Shown: positions 1-10,419 of the stretch, one piece after another
Layout of the letters: each line of letters opens with the position of its first letter
How positions within the stretch are numbered: position 1 is the stretch's first letter
NCBI GenBank assembly: GCA_045837725.1
Contig: JBEWZL010000002.1
Span: 62,001-105,848, forward strand
Source of the DNA: Vermamoeba vermiformis
Lineage: Eukaryota
Direction of reading: 5' to 3'
Length of the DNA: 43,848 bases
Notes under the pieces: model-generated
Databases searched by the model: none
Seen by the model: only the letters and a program-made list of their open reading frames with translations
Told to the model about the DNA's origin: nothing
Translations under genes and position numbers: made by a program

Positions 1-273
1 TATCCATCTGTTCTATTACATCGGCATGATGTATTACAGCCAAGATTACCAACTAGGCATTCGCATCTGTAATTACATTGCAAAATCAATTAGAAATTAT
101 ATATGTTTTTGAAACATTTAATCACCGGTTGCTTATCAAATTATTTAACTCATTGAGTTTTGTCAGTGTATAAAATACCGAGCTTACCCATTAGCAAATG
201 AAGTAGATCCATTCAGCGCCAAGAAAATAAGCGCGATCCAATAAACAAAAACCAATTCGCCTTTTCTATGCAT
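1..273 (-). CDS. 5' end (partial) of a secreted/receptor protein with a Cys-rich N-terminal module; paralogue of the receptor kinase at 4675-8339
   Basis: Exon 1 (273-188) reads MHRKGELVFVYWIALIFLALNGSTSFANG, a signal peptide. A GTAAGC..ACAG intron spans 187-67. Exon 2 (66-1) reads CECLVGNLGCNTSCRCNRTDG and runs off the window. Not in the ORF track. Confidence 0.75.
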
Positions 274-585
274 TATTTGTTTAATCAAAGTTCATTCTCC
301 TTCGCTACTGGATTATCTTCTTCAGTTGTGCAAGTCGAACGAAGAAAAAGACGAACTGCTGACACGGACTTTATAAGGAAAATTCTAAAAATAATCATCT
401 CCTTATTTAGCAAACAAAAAATATTGCGCGAATTTTCCAGCGACTCGGGGTACTTTCGCCACAGATAGCGACAAAGATCTAATCGCCTTAATTGAAGCGA
501 CTTACGAGGTCAAGATCTCGATCCCCAAGAAATACTCCGGTCGATCCAATTGTGTATCTTCTGTATACTAAATGAGGCCTATTTA

Positions 586-2163
586 CTAGTTTAATCCAAC
601 AAGCTTTGCACTAACGACCCATAGTCTGCTTGAAGTCTCATCATCGAGGCCGTTCGGATGTGGTGCGATCGGCTTGCATTCCTCCCAATAGCTTCCACTA
701 TCGATCTTAGGGCATAAAGCTGCAGCCAGTGTCGTCTGATATAATGTAATATTAGACGCTAGATCCACAGGTGGTGTTTGGAGTTAAGAAAAGTCAGAAA
801 GAATATCACCGACGCAATCGTTAAAAAAATGTGTCTGGCAATTCTCTACCCGGCAACATTTGACAGATTTCGAATCTAACAAAATCTAATATGATACCCT
901 CGCTAGTATGATGATAACGGGTAATGATACAAGCGAGAGTGCCTCTAGTCTAGAATGACCAAACATGACATGATCCTGGATCTTGCTTACCTGTGCTCCT
1001 TCGTAGTTCGTTTTCATGAATAGTTTCAATAATGGCGTTACCATGAATTGCATGTAATGTGGCAGGTAATTGCGCCAAATATCAGAAATTACTAGTCACG
1101 TAGATCGATGTTAGTTCGGTACAGATCGCTCTGACGGAGCTTATCTCCGATTCTTTACGGTCGTTAAGCACTTACCTAATCCAGGGTGCAATGAGACTGC
1201 AGTAATATTTCTATTGTCTTTTTCTAATCGCTTGGCTAGCTCGTGTGTGAAGAGGACATTGCCCAATTTGCTCTGCGTGTACGCCACACCAGCCACGTAA
1301 GGCTTTTCAGTCTGCAAATCGTCAAAATTGATTTTTCCGTGACGATGGCCCATTGAGGCTACGTTGACTATGCGGCCACCATTATTGACGAGATCGTCGT
1401 TCAAAAATAGGTTTGTTAGCAGAAAAGGTGCTAGGTGGTTCACGCCGAAGTGACTCTCGAAGCCATCTCGTGTCTTTCTGCACTCCTTCTCCTGCGGAAA
1501 AACCGATAAGGTGGATCGAGCAATACGAATAAAATTTAATCAAAATTATAGTTTATGCGGTTGCGGAATTACCGATTCGATAAATGAGGCAAAAAATGAG
1601 AAAGTCTTACCAATACTCCTGCATTATTAATCAAAATATCGACTTTCTTGTTCTTCTTTTTAAATTCTCTTTCAAACCGTCGAATGTCCTCTAGCGAAGC
1701 CAGATCGAGTAGCATATATTCAACATTATTATTCTTAGAATATGCTTTGATATCTTTAACCGTCTGTTCTCCTTTGATGAGTCGCGCACGGCTAAGGGAA
1801 GAGATGAATTAGAGCGGAATAATTCGCCGAAACTCTAACAGTCTTTAAACTTACTGACAATGACGTTCGCATTTAATTTCGCAAATTCCTTCGCGGCTTC
1901 TTTCCCAATACCAGCGTTTCCGCCCGTCAGAATGACGCACTACCGATAACAATTAGATTTTTTTCAATTTCCTTCGAGCACGTACTTTACCGGTTAGATC
2001 TGGTTTGTAGCGATTAACTCCACCCGCAGCCCACTAAAAATTATAATTAATAGTCTAGTCCGCGAAATTGAATCGCGTTTATACGTACTCGTCGGATCAG
2101 GTAATAACAGATAAAACCAACGCCAAATACCCAGGTAAGCTTCGAACGTAATATGCCATCCAT
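586..2163 (-). CDS. Short-chain dehydrogenase/reductase, retinol dehydrogenase 11/12/14-like (multi-exon)
   Basis: Spliced motifs: ILTGGNAGIGKEAA (Rossmann TGxxxGxG), LLDLASL, DILINNAGV, DGFESHFGVNHL, RIVNVAS, catalytic YTQSK, SLHPG, QTTLAAAL. N-terminal hydrophobic anchor from ATG at 2163; stop at 586-588. Confidence 0.92.
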
Positions 2164-2681
2164 ATTTATCTTCGTGTAGTGTTATCCTTCGTTCTATATG
2201 CTTGAAATGGCGTTGCCCAACGGTTTCGCGATTTCACGGAGCCCTGGTAGATGGCGCGTGGTTTCGATTAAACAAAATCAAGAATTTCTTTCATTTTATC
2301 GTATTATATTCGTCGGCCATAGTAGCAAACAAGGTAATTCCACAGCATTCTAAATAGTGCATCGCGGTTTAGATTGCAACGATCAGAAGTCTCTTCGTTG
2401 ATCAAGGGCTAATACCTCTAAATATTATAATCAATTATAAATATGCGAGAGTATATAATTATATTTTAATTTTATTAATAATTCGGATTTGGTCCTTCAC
2501 CCGAAAACCGAATCTTCCAAGTCATTTTCAATACACAAAGCTATCTACTAATTTTCGCATATTATAATTTTCTGAATGTCTGAAATCCTTACCGATTACC
2601 ATAAATAATTATTATTGGTGATCTGAATCCGATCGAAAAATCAAATAACTAACGGTAACTTTCAAAACGTATAGCGCGATC

Positions 2682-4285
2682 ATGGATTACGACGAGAAGA
2701 AGCCTCTGCTGGCTACTCCTGCTGGTAGTGTTATTCAAGGTGGCGAAATAACAGCAGTGAAGCCAAAGAAAACCTGCGGATTGCAGATCCAGCTCTCACC
2801 GAAAGTTATTCTTTATTTTTCGCTGTTAGTAGTTACTGGCATTGCTAACAACGTTGCTGGTCGATGGAATCAAGAGAAGTTCGGCTCAAACTACGCCTTT
2901 TTCAATGGTCAGGTACGCCGATCTCGCTCGATAATCCATCTAAAATTGTACTAAAATATTCTTTAGTTCTACGTGCTTAACTATGCTATTTTGGCGCAAA
3001 TCATGTCCTCATACAAATACTTCTGCACTAAGGACATTACTCCCGAAATGAAACGCTTCCCTGTCTGGTACGCACAAACACCAAGCAATATTTATATTAT
3101 TTTCTATATTTAAATTAGTATAAGAGCATAATCCTATTGTTCACGAAGCTTCTAGACCTAGGTTTTTTCGTTGAATTTGATGTTGACCATTCCTTTTACC
3201 TTTTTAGGAAGTACACTATGTTTGCCTTCTTCGATGCTGCTGCTGCCTTCTTGTTCACAATGGGTGCGCCTAACACGCCAGCTACGTTGCAAAATATCAT
3301 CAACCAAACTATTATTCCCATCACGATGCTTGCCACCGCTGTGATCATTCGTGTGCGTTATCAATGGTTGAAGATTGGTGGTGCTGGTATTATCATGCTC
3401 GGTGCTGGTGTGGCTATTATTCCGCTCTTCTTCGACACTGGTAGCGACAAAGTTGACTTTGTGTGGTACGCTGTGCTGATCTACTTTTTGAACAACATTC
3501 CTCAGTCCCTGTCCAACGTCACTAAAGAAATGGCCTTCAACGGTCTCGTAAGTACCGGCTTCATACTATATATAAGCATTACAACATCATAGGTCTCTAT
3601 ACCGATGTTACTCAGTCGTGCGAAGTGAATCGCATCCGCGAGTACTTTTCTTTATAATAGTAGCTACAGTACTAATACCAATGCTAGGATATGGACGTGT
3701 GGTACTTGGGTGCGTGGGTCGGTTGGTTCCAAGTCATGTTCACTGCTGCTATGTTGCCCCTCACTGTTTTCAAGCGTAAGTCGAGATCCACCACGCGCCT
3801 TGGACTAGGCGCACTAATACTATCATACTATTATAATACTATTATAATATGCTTATTAAATATATTGTTTAGCTTTTGGAGGTATTGCCTTCCACGACAT
3901 GCCTGATCAGCTCGTGAAGGGTTTCTGGTGCTGGTTGGGCTACAACAGCTTGCCCGGTGATAACTGCAGCTACAACTACGTCGCTACTACCATCTACATC
4001 GTCATCAACTTCTTCTACAACATTTTCATCTTGTTGGTTACCAAGCACGCCTCCGCTACGATGTTCACTCTCGCCTTTGCCATTCGTTTGCCCTTGACTC
4101 AAATCGCTTATTGCATTCCTTTTATTATGCAACAATACGTCGAGCCCTTCACTTGGGAGTCCATTGTTTCGTTGGTGGTCGTATTGGCTGGATTTGTTTT
4201 GTACAGCATGTTGCCTGAACCTCAACAAGAAAAGAAAGAAGCTGAAAAGATCTTAGAAGAGGAGAACAAGAAGCTTCTTGCCTAA
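2682..4285 (+). CDS. Chloroquine-resistance-transporter-like (CRT-like, DMT superfamily) multi-pass transporter
   Basis: Five exons with about 10 hydrophobic segments. CRT-family-like segments ITPEMKRFP, FFDAAAAFLFTMGAPNTPATLQNIINQTIIP, PQSLSNVTKE, GFWCWLG..C, INFFYNIFILLVTKHASA, AIRLPL. Confidence 0.88.
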
Positions 4286-4674
4286 AGAACCCATTTGTGT
4301 ATTAAAATAAATAAGCGCCTTTTTTTGAAAGTTGCATCCGGAACTGCTCCGGATCCTAACTCTGTTCGTATGATTTGCAACTGCTGTAAGTATTCATGAC
4401 TTATGACTAGCTACAAGAACTTATAACTTCATGTCTTTCAGGCATAAGCGGGCTAAAGTAACAGATCGTAATCAGCGCGACAAGATCTGAACCGTAAGGA
4501 GAAATGCTCCACTCCCTTTATGGCAACTCGTGGCTAGTATACGAAACCGTATAGCAGGACGTGAGTACATCCAGAGATAAAGGAGCCTAATTCGAACATT
4601 TCCTTAAAAGGAATAGTTCCCTTAGTGTCAAGCTGTTTGGGCAACTGGATAGTTCAATGAAATGCTCCGCCAAG

Positions 4675-7600
4675 ATGCAACAAGTCAAGTTGCCGGCGTT
4701 ATTGTTAATATTATTGGCCTATGCCCTATGTCTTTCTAACGGACAACAGGCTGGGTAAGCGCTAACTCTCTCTTGAAACATTTTCATCTCGGATTATGAC
4801 TTAACTCAAGCTATTATCAAGCATTTAAATTTATACACTATTAACATTCAACTAATTTGCCTTTGGTTTAGGTGCGAGTGTCAAGTAGGATCAACCGGAT
4901 GCGCTCCGAACTGCAGCTGTTTGCGAGGAGATAATTATTACCCTTATTATCCTCCAAAGAACGAATGCCGTTTGAGTAAGTTTGATCGACACGAAACCCG
5001 CCGCGGGTTAATCCACCTATAAATAGATCTGATTTAAAATGAGCGGTTTGCTTGATCGCCGTTGCGATATCGACAAGCAGTATGCACATATGTTAAGTTG
5101 CATTAATTTAAACTTGGAATCAATTTTTTATTTTGGTTAATTCTAGTCGTTGCTTTTCTAAAGGAGAGAATGTTTGTTTCTTGATTCTAATTAGGTACTT
5201 TCAATAGCTGACAATTCATCTTTGTCGATATTGGGCGATATTATTCAAGCCACGAGCGCATCCTTCTTGTTCCAGACTGCGCTGACGGCAGCCTCCATCT
5301 CATCACCAAGCAATGACGATCTCGTGGTTACTGCATGGCATGCAACAAACGGATCAATCGATCAAATATTTGGTTCCACATTCTCGCGGAATGGAACTCT
5401 AATTAGTTCGAAGCCATTTCCGATCTCAGATTTGTCTAGAGGTAGCAATCCAACGATTTCAAAACGTATCACCGTGCTTGGTAAGTTATTAAATCCATTG
5501 CATTGATCATCATAAATTTTTAATGGGGATGGCAGGAGCACAAACCGTGTTTATAGTCATTTGGATTGAAGGAATTTCGGTAAGTTAGGCACCAATCATT
5601 GCATAATGATAACGCCTCATATTGATATTTTGATAATAGGGCACGGCTACAAATAATCCAATCCAGGCTCGCTGCTTCAAGTACGACGGGTCGCCAATAA
5701 ACAACGTGCAAACATTGCTCAACACGAATAATTTGGGCATGGATGTTAGCCTAACGAGCTACTCGGCCAAATTGATGGACGGAAGCACTACTTTAGCATT
5801 ATATTGGAGCTCTAAAGGCGATAGAAAGATCTACTTAAATTTCTACACCGTGGATCTCACTGCGGGAACCGTCACTTCACAAGGCCCTTCTAGCCAAGTA
5901 AATACAGCATCAAGCATCTATGTAAGTTCAATTCATACAAGAAGCTCAAGCGCTAACATTAAATATACCTGATAGAACCGAGAGATTCGTCCAGACTTTC
6001 TGCAAGCGTACCAAAGTGGCTCGTCAACATCGATGTTAATGCTCGTGGAAGACATGCAAGCAGACAACGCGAACTCGACATTAAGTGCCGTTATATGGAA
6101 CGGGAATAAGAACGCATTATATACATTCAAGGCTGTTAGTACCACTACTCGCCTTGTAGTAAGTCTTTCAAAACATTACTGACTTTAGTGCTCTTTCTAA
6201 CTGGTTTTTTAGCCCGGGAGCAACAGCGAGTGTCATAGGAGACAAATTCGTCGTGCTATGGAACGAGCCTGGAAACTTGCAGTTTTCGAAAATACGAGGT
6301 AACCTCGACTACAATCACGTGTTTCTTTTGATTATCTTGCTAAGTGACATTGTAGCTCTCGTGTTCGATGCACAAGCAGGCACGGCAGGCACGCCATTCG
6401 ACTTTTGGATCACATCCAACACGACAGACATGTCGATGGACTTGATTCCGATCAGTTCCAACGCACTCTTGTTCGGTCACACACAAATGATCAACAGACC
6501 TGTGAGCTCAGTGTGCTACCAAGTTGTGCCATGGGACGGCAACACGATCCCTTCGCAAGTGACGAGCGACAAGATAGCATGCATGGAAGGTGCGTATGGC
6601 TCTCCTGACACCAGCGCTGTCGTCTGGGGCAACGGTCAAGTACGTACTTTGAACCACTCATCAGGCGTTGTATTGACTTTGAACAGATTGCGTGGTTTTG
6701 GACCTCAAGTGCACTCAACGTGAGCTACATTCAAATGATGCAGAGTTACGGACACGTCGATCTCAACGATCAAATAACACCGCCTATCAGTCCACCGATA
6801 GACCCACCTGCTACCTCACCAACAGTCTCACCGCCCTCGGGTGTTATTGTAGACCCACCACAATCCACGGACACTCCAGCTGACGGTCTTGTCACGCCGT
6901 CACCTCAGAACGATGGTAAGTTGTTGTGTCGAGTACTAGCGGCTTTTATTGACCCTGAGCAGTCGTTAGTATTGCTGTTGGAGTCACCGTGGTTGGTGTA
7001 GCTCTCATTGCAGGAGCGGTGCTGTTACTGTTGCTACTGCGACGAAAGAAGAAACAAAAGAAGACCAAGCAAGAGCTCAAGAGTGTTGACAGCACCGTCA
7101 TTGACTTTGACGAAGGCAAATACATTTCATTGCCCACTGCGCTGGCTAACGTTGAGTTCACAATACCTCGCGAGAAGATTCAACTGAAAGAACAGATTGC
7201 CGCAGGTACGTCCTCTGGAGCTATATGTAGTATATTGAACTAATGTCGATGACAGGCTCGTTCGGTGCAGTCTATTTAGCGACGTACAACAACACGCCTG
7301 TCGCTGTCAAAGTCCATCAAAGTGACATGCTCGCGTTAGACGACTTCATTCGCGAATCTCAACTCGCATTGTAAGTTCGTCTTTTGTGACTAAATTATCA
7401 CGTACTAAACGCTATTATTTCTACCAGGTCAATCAAGCCTCATCCAAACGTATTGCTCACGTTAGGCATCACACAGCTGAACTCCAAGACGATTGGTCTC
7501 GTGATGGAGTACTGCGCAGGTGGCAGTCTATGGTCACAGCTGCAAGGCCATCCTCCTAAGTCGAAACAACAAGTGATCGACATGCTTGTCTCGATTGCAA

Positions 7601-8339
7601 GTGGTCTCGAACATCTTCACTCACACGGCATCATTCATCGCGATGTTGCTGCAAGAAATGTTCTCGTAAGCATTCAAAAACAAACCAACCAATCACTTGT
7701 TGTCTGTTGAATACGAACTGATCGTCTGTTGTTGTTTGTTTAGATCACAGCAGAAGGTCATTTGAAGCTCGCAGACTTCGGCATGAGCAGAAAACTGAAA
7801 GAAGGAGATGGCTCGAAAACAAATCAAACCATTGGACCAGCAGCGAGCATGGCACCTGAATCGATTCGCAATGGCACTTACTCCAAGAAGAGTGGTACGT
7901 GTTGAACCGAATTGTTTCATCACAAAAGTGTCACTTTGTTTGACACGTGTCACCCCCGAACAATACTGACTCGCAATGTTGTTTGCAGATGTGTGGATGT
8001 TTGGCATTCTGATGTACGAGATTCTGAGCGGCAAAAAGCCCCACGGCTCAGCAGAGAACTTGGTGTCCGTTGCCATCGACATTCGCGAAACAGGTCGCAT
8101 TCCACAACTCGATGCGAGTGTTGATGTGTTCTTCAAACAACTGATGGTCAAGTGTTGTCAGTTCGAACCTGATCACCGTCCTGTAAGTCACGAACACATT
8201 AGAATAACGTATATATTATGAGTGCTACTTAAATCATTAACACATCTGGATGTGCTTGCAGGACTTTGAACAGATCATCCAAGAACTAAACGAAGAGAAG
8301 AATAAAATGAACAACGAGGGGTCCGAAGAAAATGTTTGA
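4675..8339 (+). CDS. Single-pass receptor tyrosine-kinase-like protein (signal peptide, Cys-rich module, large ectodomain, Pro-rich stalk, TM, kinase)
   Basis: Signal peptide MQQVKLPALLLILLAYALCLSNG (alternative in-frame ATG at 4657). Exon 4872-4975 reads CECQVGSTGCAPNCSC..C. TM VVGVALIAGAVLLLLLL followed by RRKKK. Kinase motifs GSFGAVY, VAVK, HRDVAARN, DFG, MAPE, DVWMFG. Stop at 8337-8339. Confidence 0.9.
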
Positions 8340-8434
8340 AAGGAAGATTTGTTCTATTAGTAGTAGATTGTAGGGTTGTATTATAATAATAAGCGGAGAA
8401 GAAAAAATTTTAATTGTTTTACGTTTGGTTGCAA

Positions 8435-9146
8435 ATGTTGAAGACAACAGAGCTCAAAAAACAACTCAAAGCGGGTATTATACCCCCAAATTATTTATTC
8501 GATACGAAGCTTTTATTTTGGTATCCGCACGTATTTAGAATAGATCTGCTCGAACAATACATTGCCAAGATGGATTTGGATTTTAGACCACACCTGCGAG
8601 ATTACGTTGCCCAATTTATGGAGCAATACAAAATCGAGTCCAAAATATTTTATGCAGCATTTATAAAGCAAAAATGCTTGTTGTTCATGGTTGCAAATGA
8701 GATCAGCCCAGGTCAATTCTCTTTTGAAATGATATCTAAAGCCTTCGGTGCATCTCCATTTTATAGTTGCTTGAATCTCATGACCAACGCACTCCACAAC
8801 GTATTTATCCCGAACCTGGTAAGATAATACGTACCGTTGTCTCTTCGAAGACTCTTTAATCTTGAGTATTTAGGGTAGCTACCAAATCGCGATAGATGGC
8901 AAAACAAGTCTGGAATTTAGCGTCTTCTATGACTTTGAACACTATAAAGTTCGTCAAGCAATTAAAGTACCGTCAAATTGGCTGTTGAAGGTGCATCGAA
9001 TTTCAGATGGAAAGCGAGCAGATCGACCAATCGCTGGCGAGCGCTATTCGTTCAACGTTTATGATCCTACGGCAATATCAAAGGCGAGGTTAACAAGAAA
9101 TGAGCCCAATGGTTACATCGAGCTCAAAAACATAGGTGTGGTTTAA
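8435..9146 (+). CDS. Hypothetical protein, tandem paralogue A (~218 aa, two exons)
   Basis: Exons 8435-8818 and 8874-9146. Clear similarity to 9430-10131 (DLDxRPHLRD, VANEISPGQFSFE, FYDFEH, KVHRISDG, AGERYSFNxYDPTA) with the same intron position. The 3' end is uncertain. Confidence 0.7.
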
Positions 9147-9429
9147 GGTCTGACGATCCATGTGGCTTGAACAACGTTTAAGGTAACAACCTCCGAAAGA
9201 TATTTGGCAGAAAGTCTTGTCCGAACAGATAATTGGCCTATCGAACAAGAGTTGGCCACTTCCAAGTACCTGTGCGGGATCTTCTAGATCGACGATGGAT
9301 CCGCTAACCACCGAAGTGCTCTACAAGTATGAACATTTCGCATGCATGTACTATGATGAGAGTGCCTATTTCACCATAAAGAGATACTAGAAGTACAGCG
9401 AAAAAATTGTAATTACTGTATCATAAAAA

Positions 9430-10131
9430 ATGTTAAAGGCTACGGTGAACAATAAAGAACGGCGAAAACAACTTCTTGCAGGGGTTATACAAAAAGATTC
9501 AATATTCGATCCAACAACGTGGCCAATGGAGTTTACTATAGAACTAATAGAAAAATACGTTATGAAGCTGGATTTGGATTTGCGACCGCACCTGCGAGAC
9601 TGCTTCTCCCAATTTATAGAAGTACTTAAAAAAATGCCTGGAAGACTTGCTTCATTTATCCGCTTAGTGAGCTTGTTATACATAGTTGCAAATGAGATCA
9701 GCCCAGGTCAATTCTCGTTTGAAGAGATATCAAAGGGGTGCTGTACGTATCCACTCTACAAATATTTGCATAACATGGTTACTGTGTTCGAAAATACATT
9801 TATCCCTAGCCTGGTACGATTTTTCACTTCTCATGTAAAATTAAGTCTGACTTTTGTTATTTAGGGATGCTACCAAATCGTCTTAGATGGGCACAAAACA
9901 TTAGAATTTAGTGCTTTTTATGACTTTGAGCATCACAGAGTTCGCGAGGCACTCAAGGTCCCATCAACTTGGCTTATGAAGGTTCATCGAATTTCAGACG
10001 GAGAACGCGCCAAACGACCTGTCGCAGGTGAACGATATTCGTTTAATATATATGATCCTACTGCAATAGCGAAAGCTAAGATGAGAAGAGAAGAAAACAA
10101 AAATGGTTACATCGAGCTCTCCACCTTTTAG
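9430..10131 (+). CDS. Hypothetical protein, tandem paralogue B (~216 aa, two exons)
   Basis: Exons 9430-9813 and 9865-10131; paralogous to 8435-9146. Confidence 0.7.
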
Positions 10132-10241
10132 TGGCATTGAAATGAAACGACCAAAGGTGATCGTCGACTATCAACTACGCTTGAACAAACGAAAAAGCAA
10201 GCACGAAAAAAAACGAAGAGAGAAGCCACAAGGCAAAAAAC

Positions 10242-10249
10242 AAAAAAAA
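10242..10249 (-). terminator. RNA polymerase III oligo-T terminator of tRNA-Ala
   Basis: T8 run on the minus strand beginning 6 nt past the tRNA 3' end, followed by a T6 run. Confidence 0.75.
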
Positions 10250-10254
10250 GAAAT

Positions 10255-10327
10255 TGGATTCGCAGGGTTTCGATCCCCGTACCTCCCGCATGCTAAGCGG
10301 ACGTGCTACCAAGTGCACCACGAACCC
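10255..10327 (-). tRNA. tRNA-Ala (anticodon AGC), intronless, 73 nt
   Basis: GGGTTCGTGGTGCACTTGGTAGCACGTCCGCTTAGCATGCGGGAGGTACGGGGATCGAAACCCTGCGAATCCA. Acceptor stem GGGTTCG/CGAATCC has the G3:U70 alanine identity pair; anticodon loop TTAGCAT; ATCG T-loop as in eukaryotic tRNA-Ala; discriminator A. Confidence 0.96.
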
Positions 10328-10419
10328 GTTGAAGATTCGAGCCGGAAAAAAACAGGGTGGGACCCATTTCGCCCCAGCCGGTTCCTTTGTGTGTGAAAGG
10401 GACGAGCCTAAAAATGACT

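Noticed and set aside
10334-10343. B-box-like GATTCGAGCC next to the tRNA
   Set aside because: Imperfect match and on the 5' side, unlike the downstream extra B boxes of Dictyostelium tRNA genes; probably chance.
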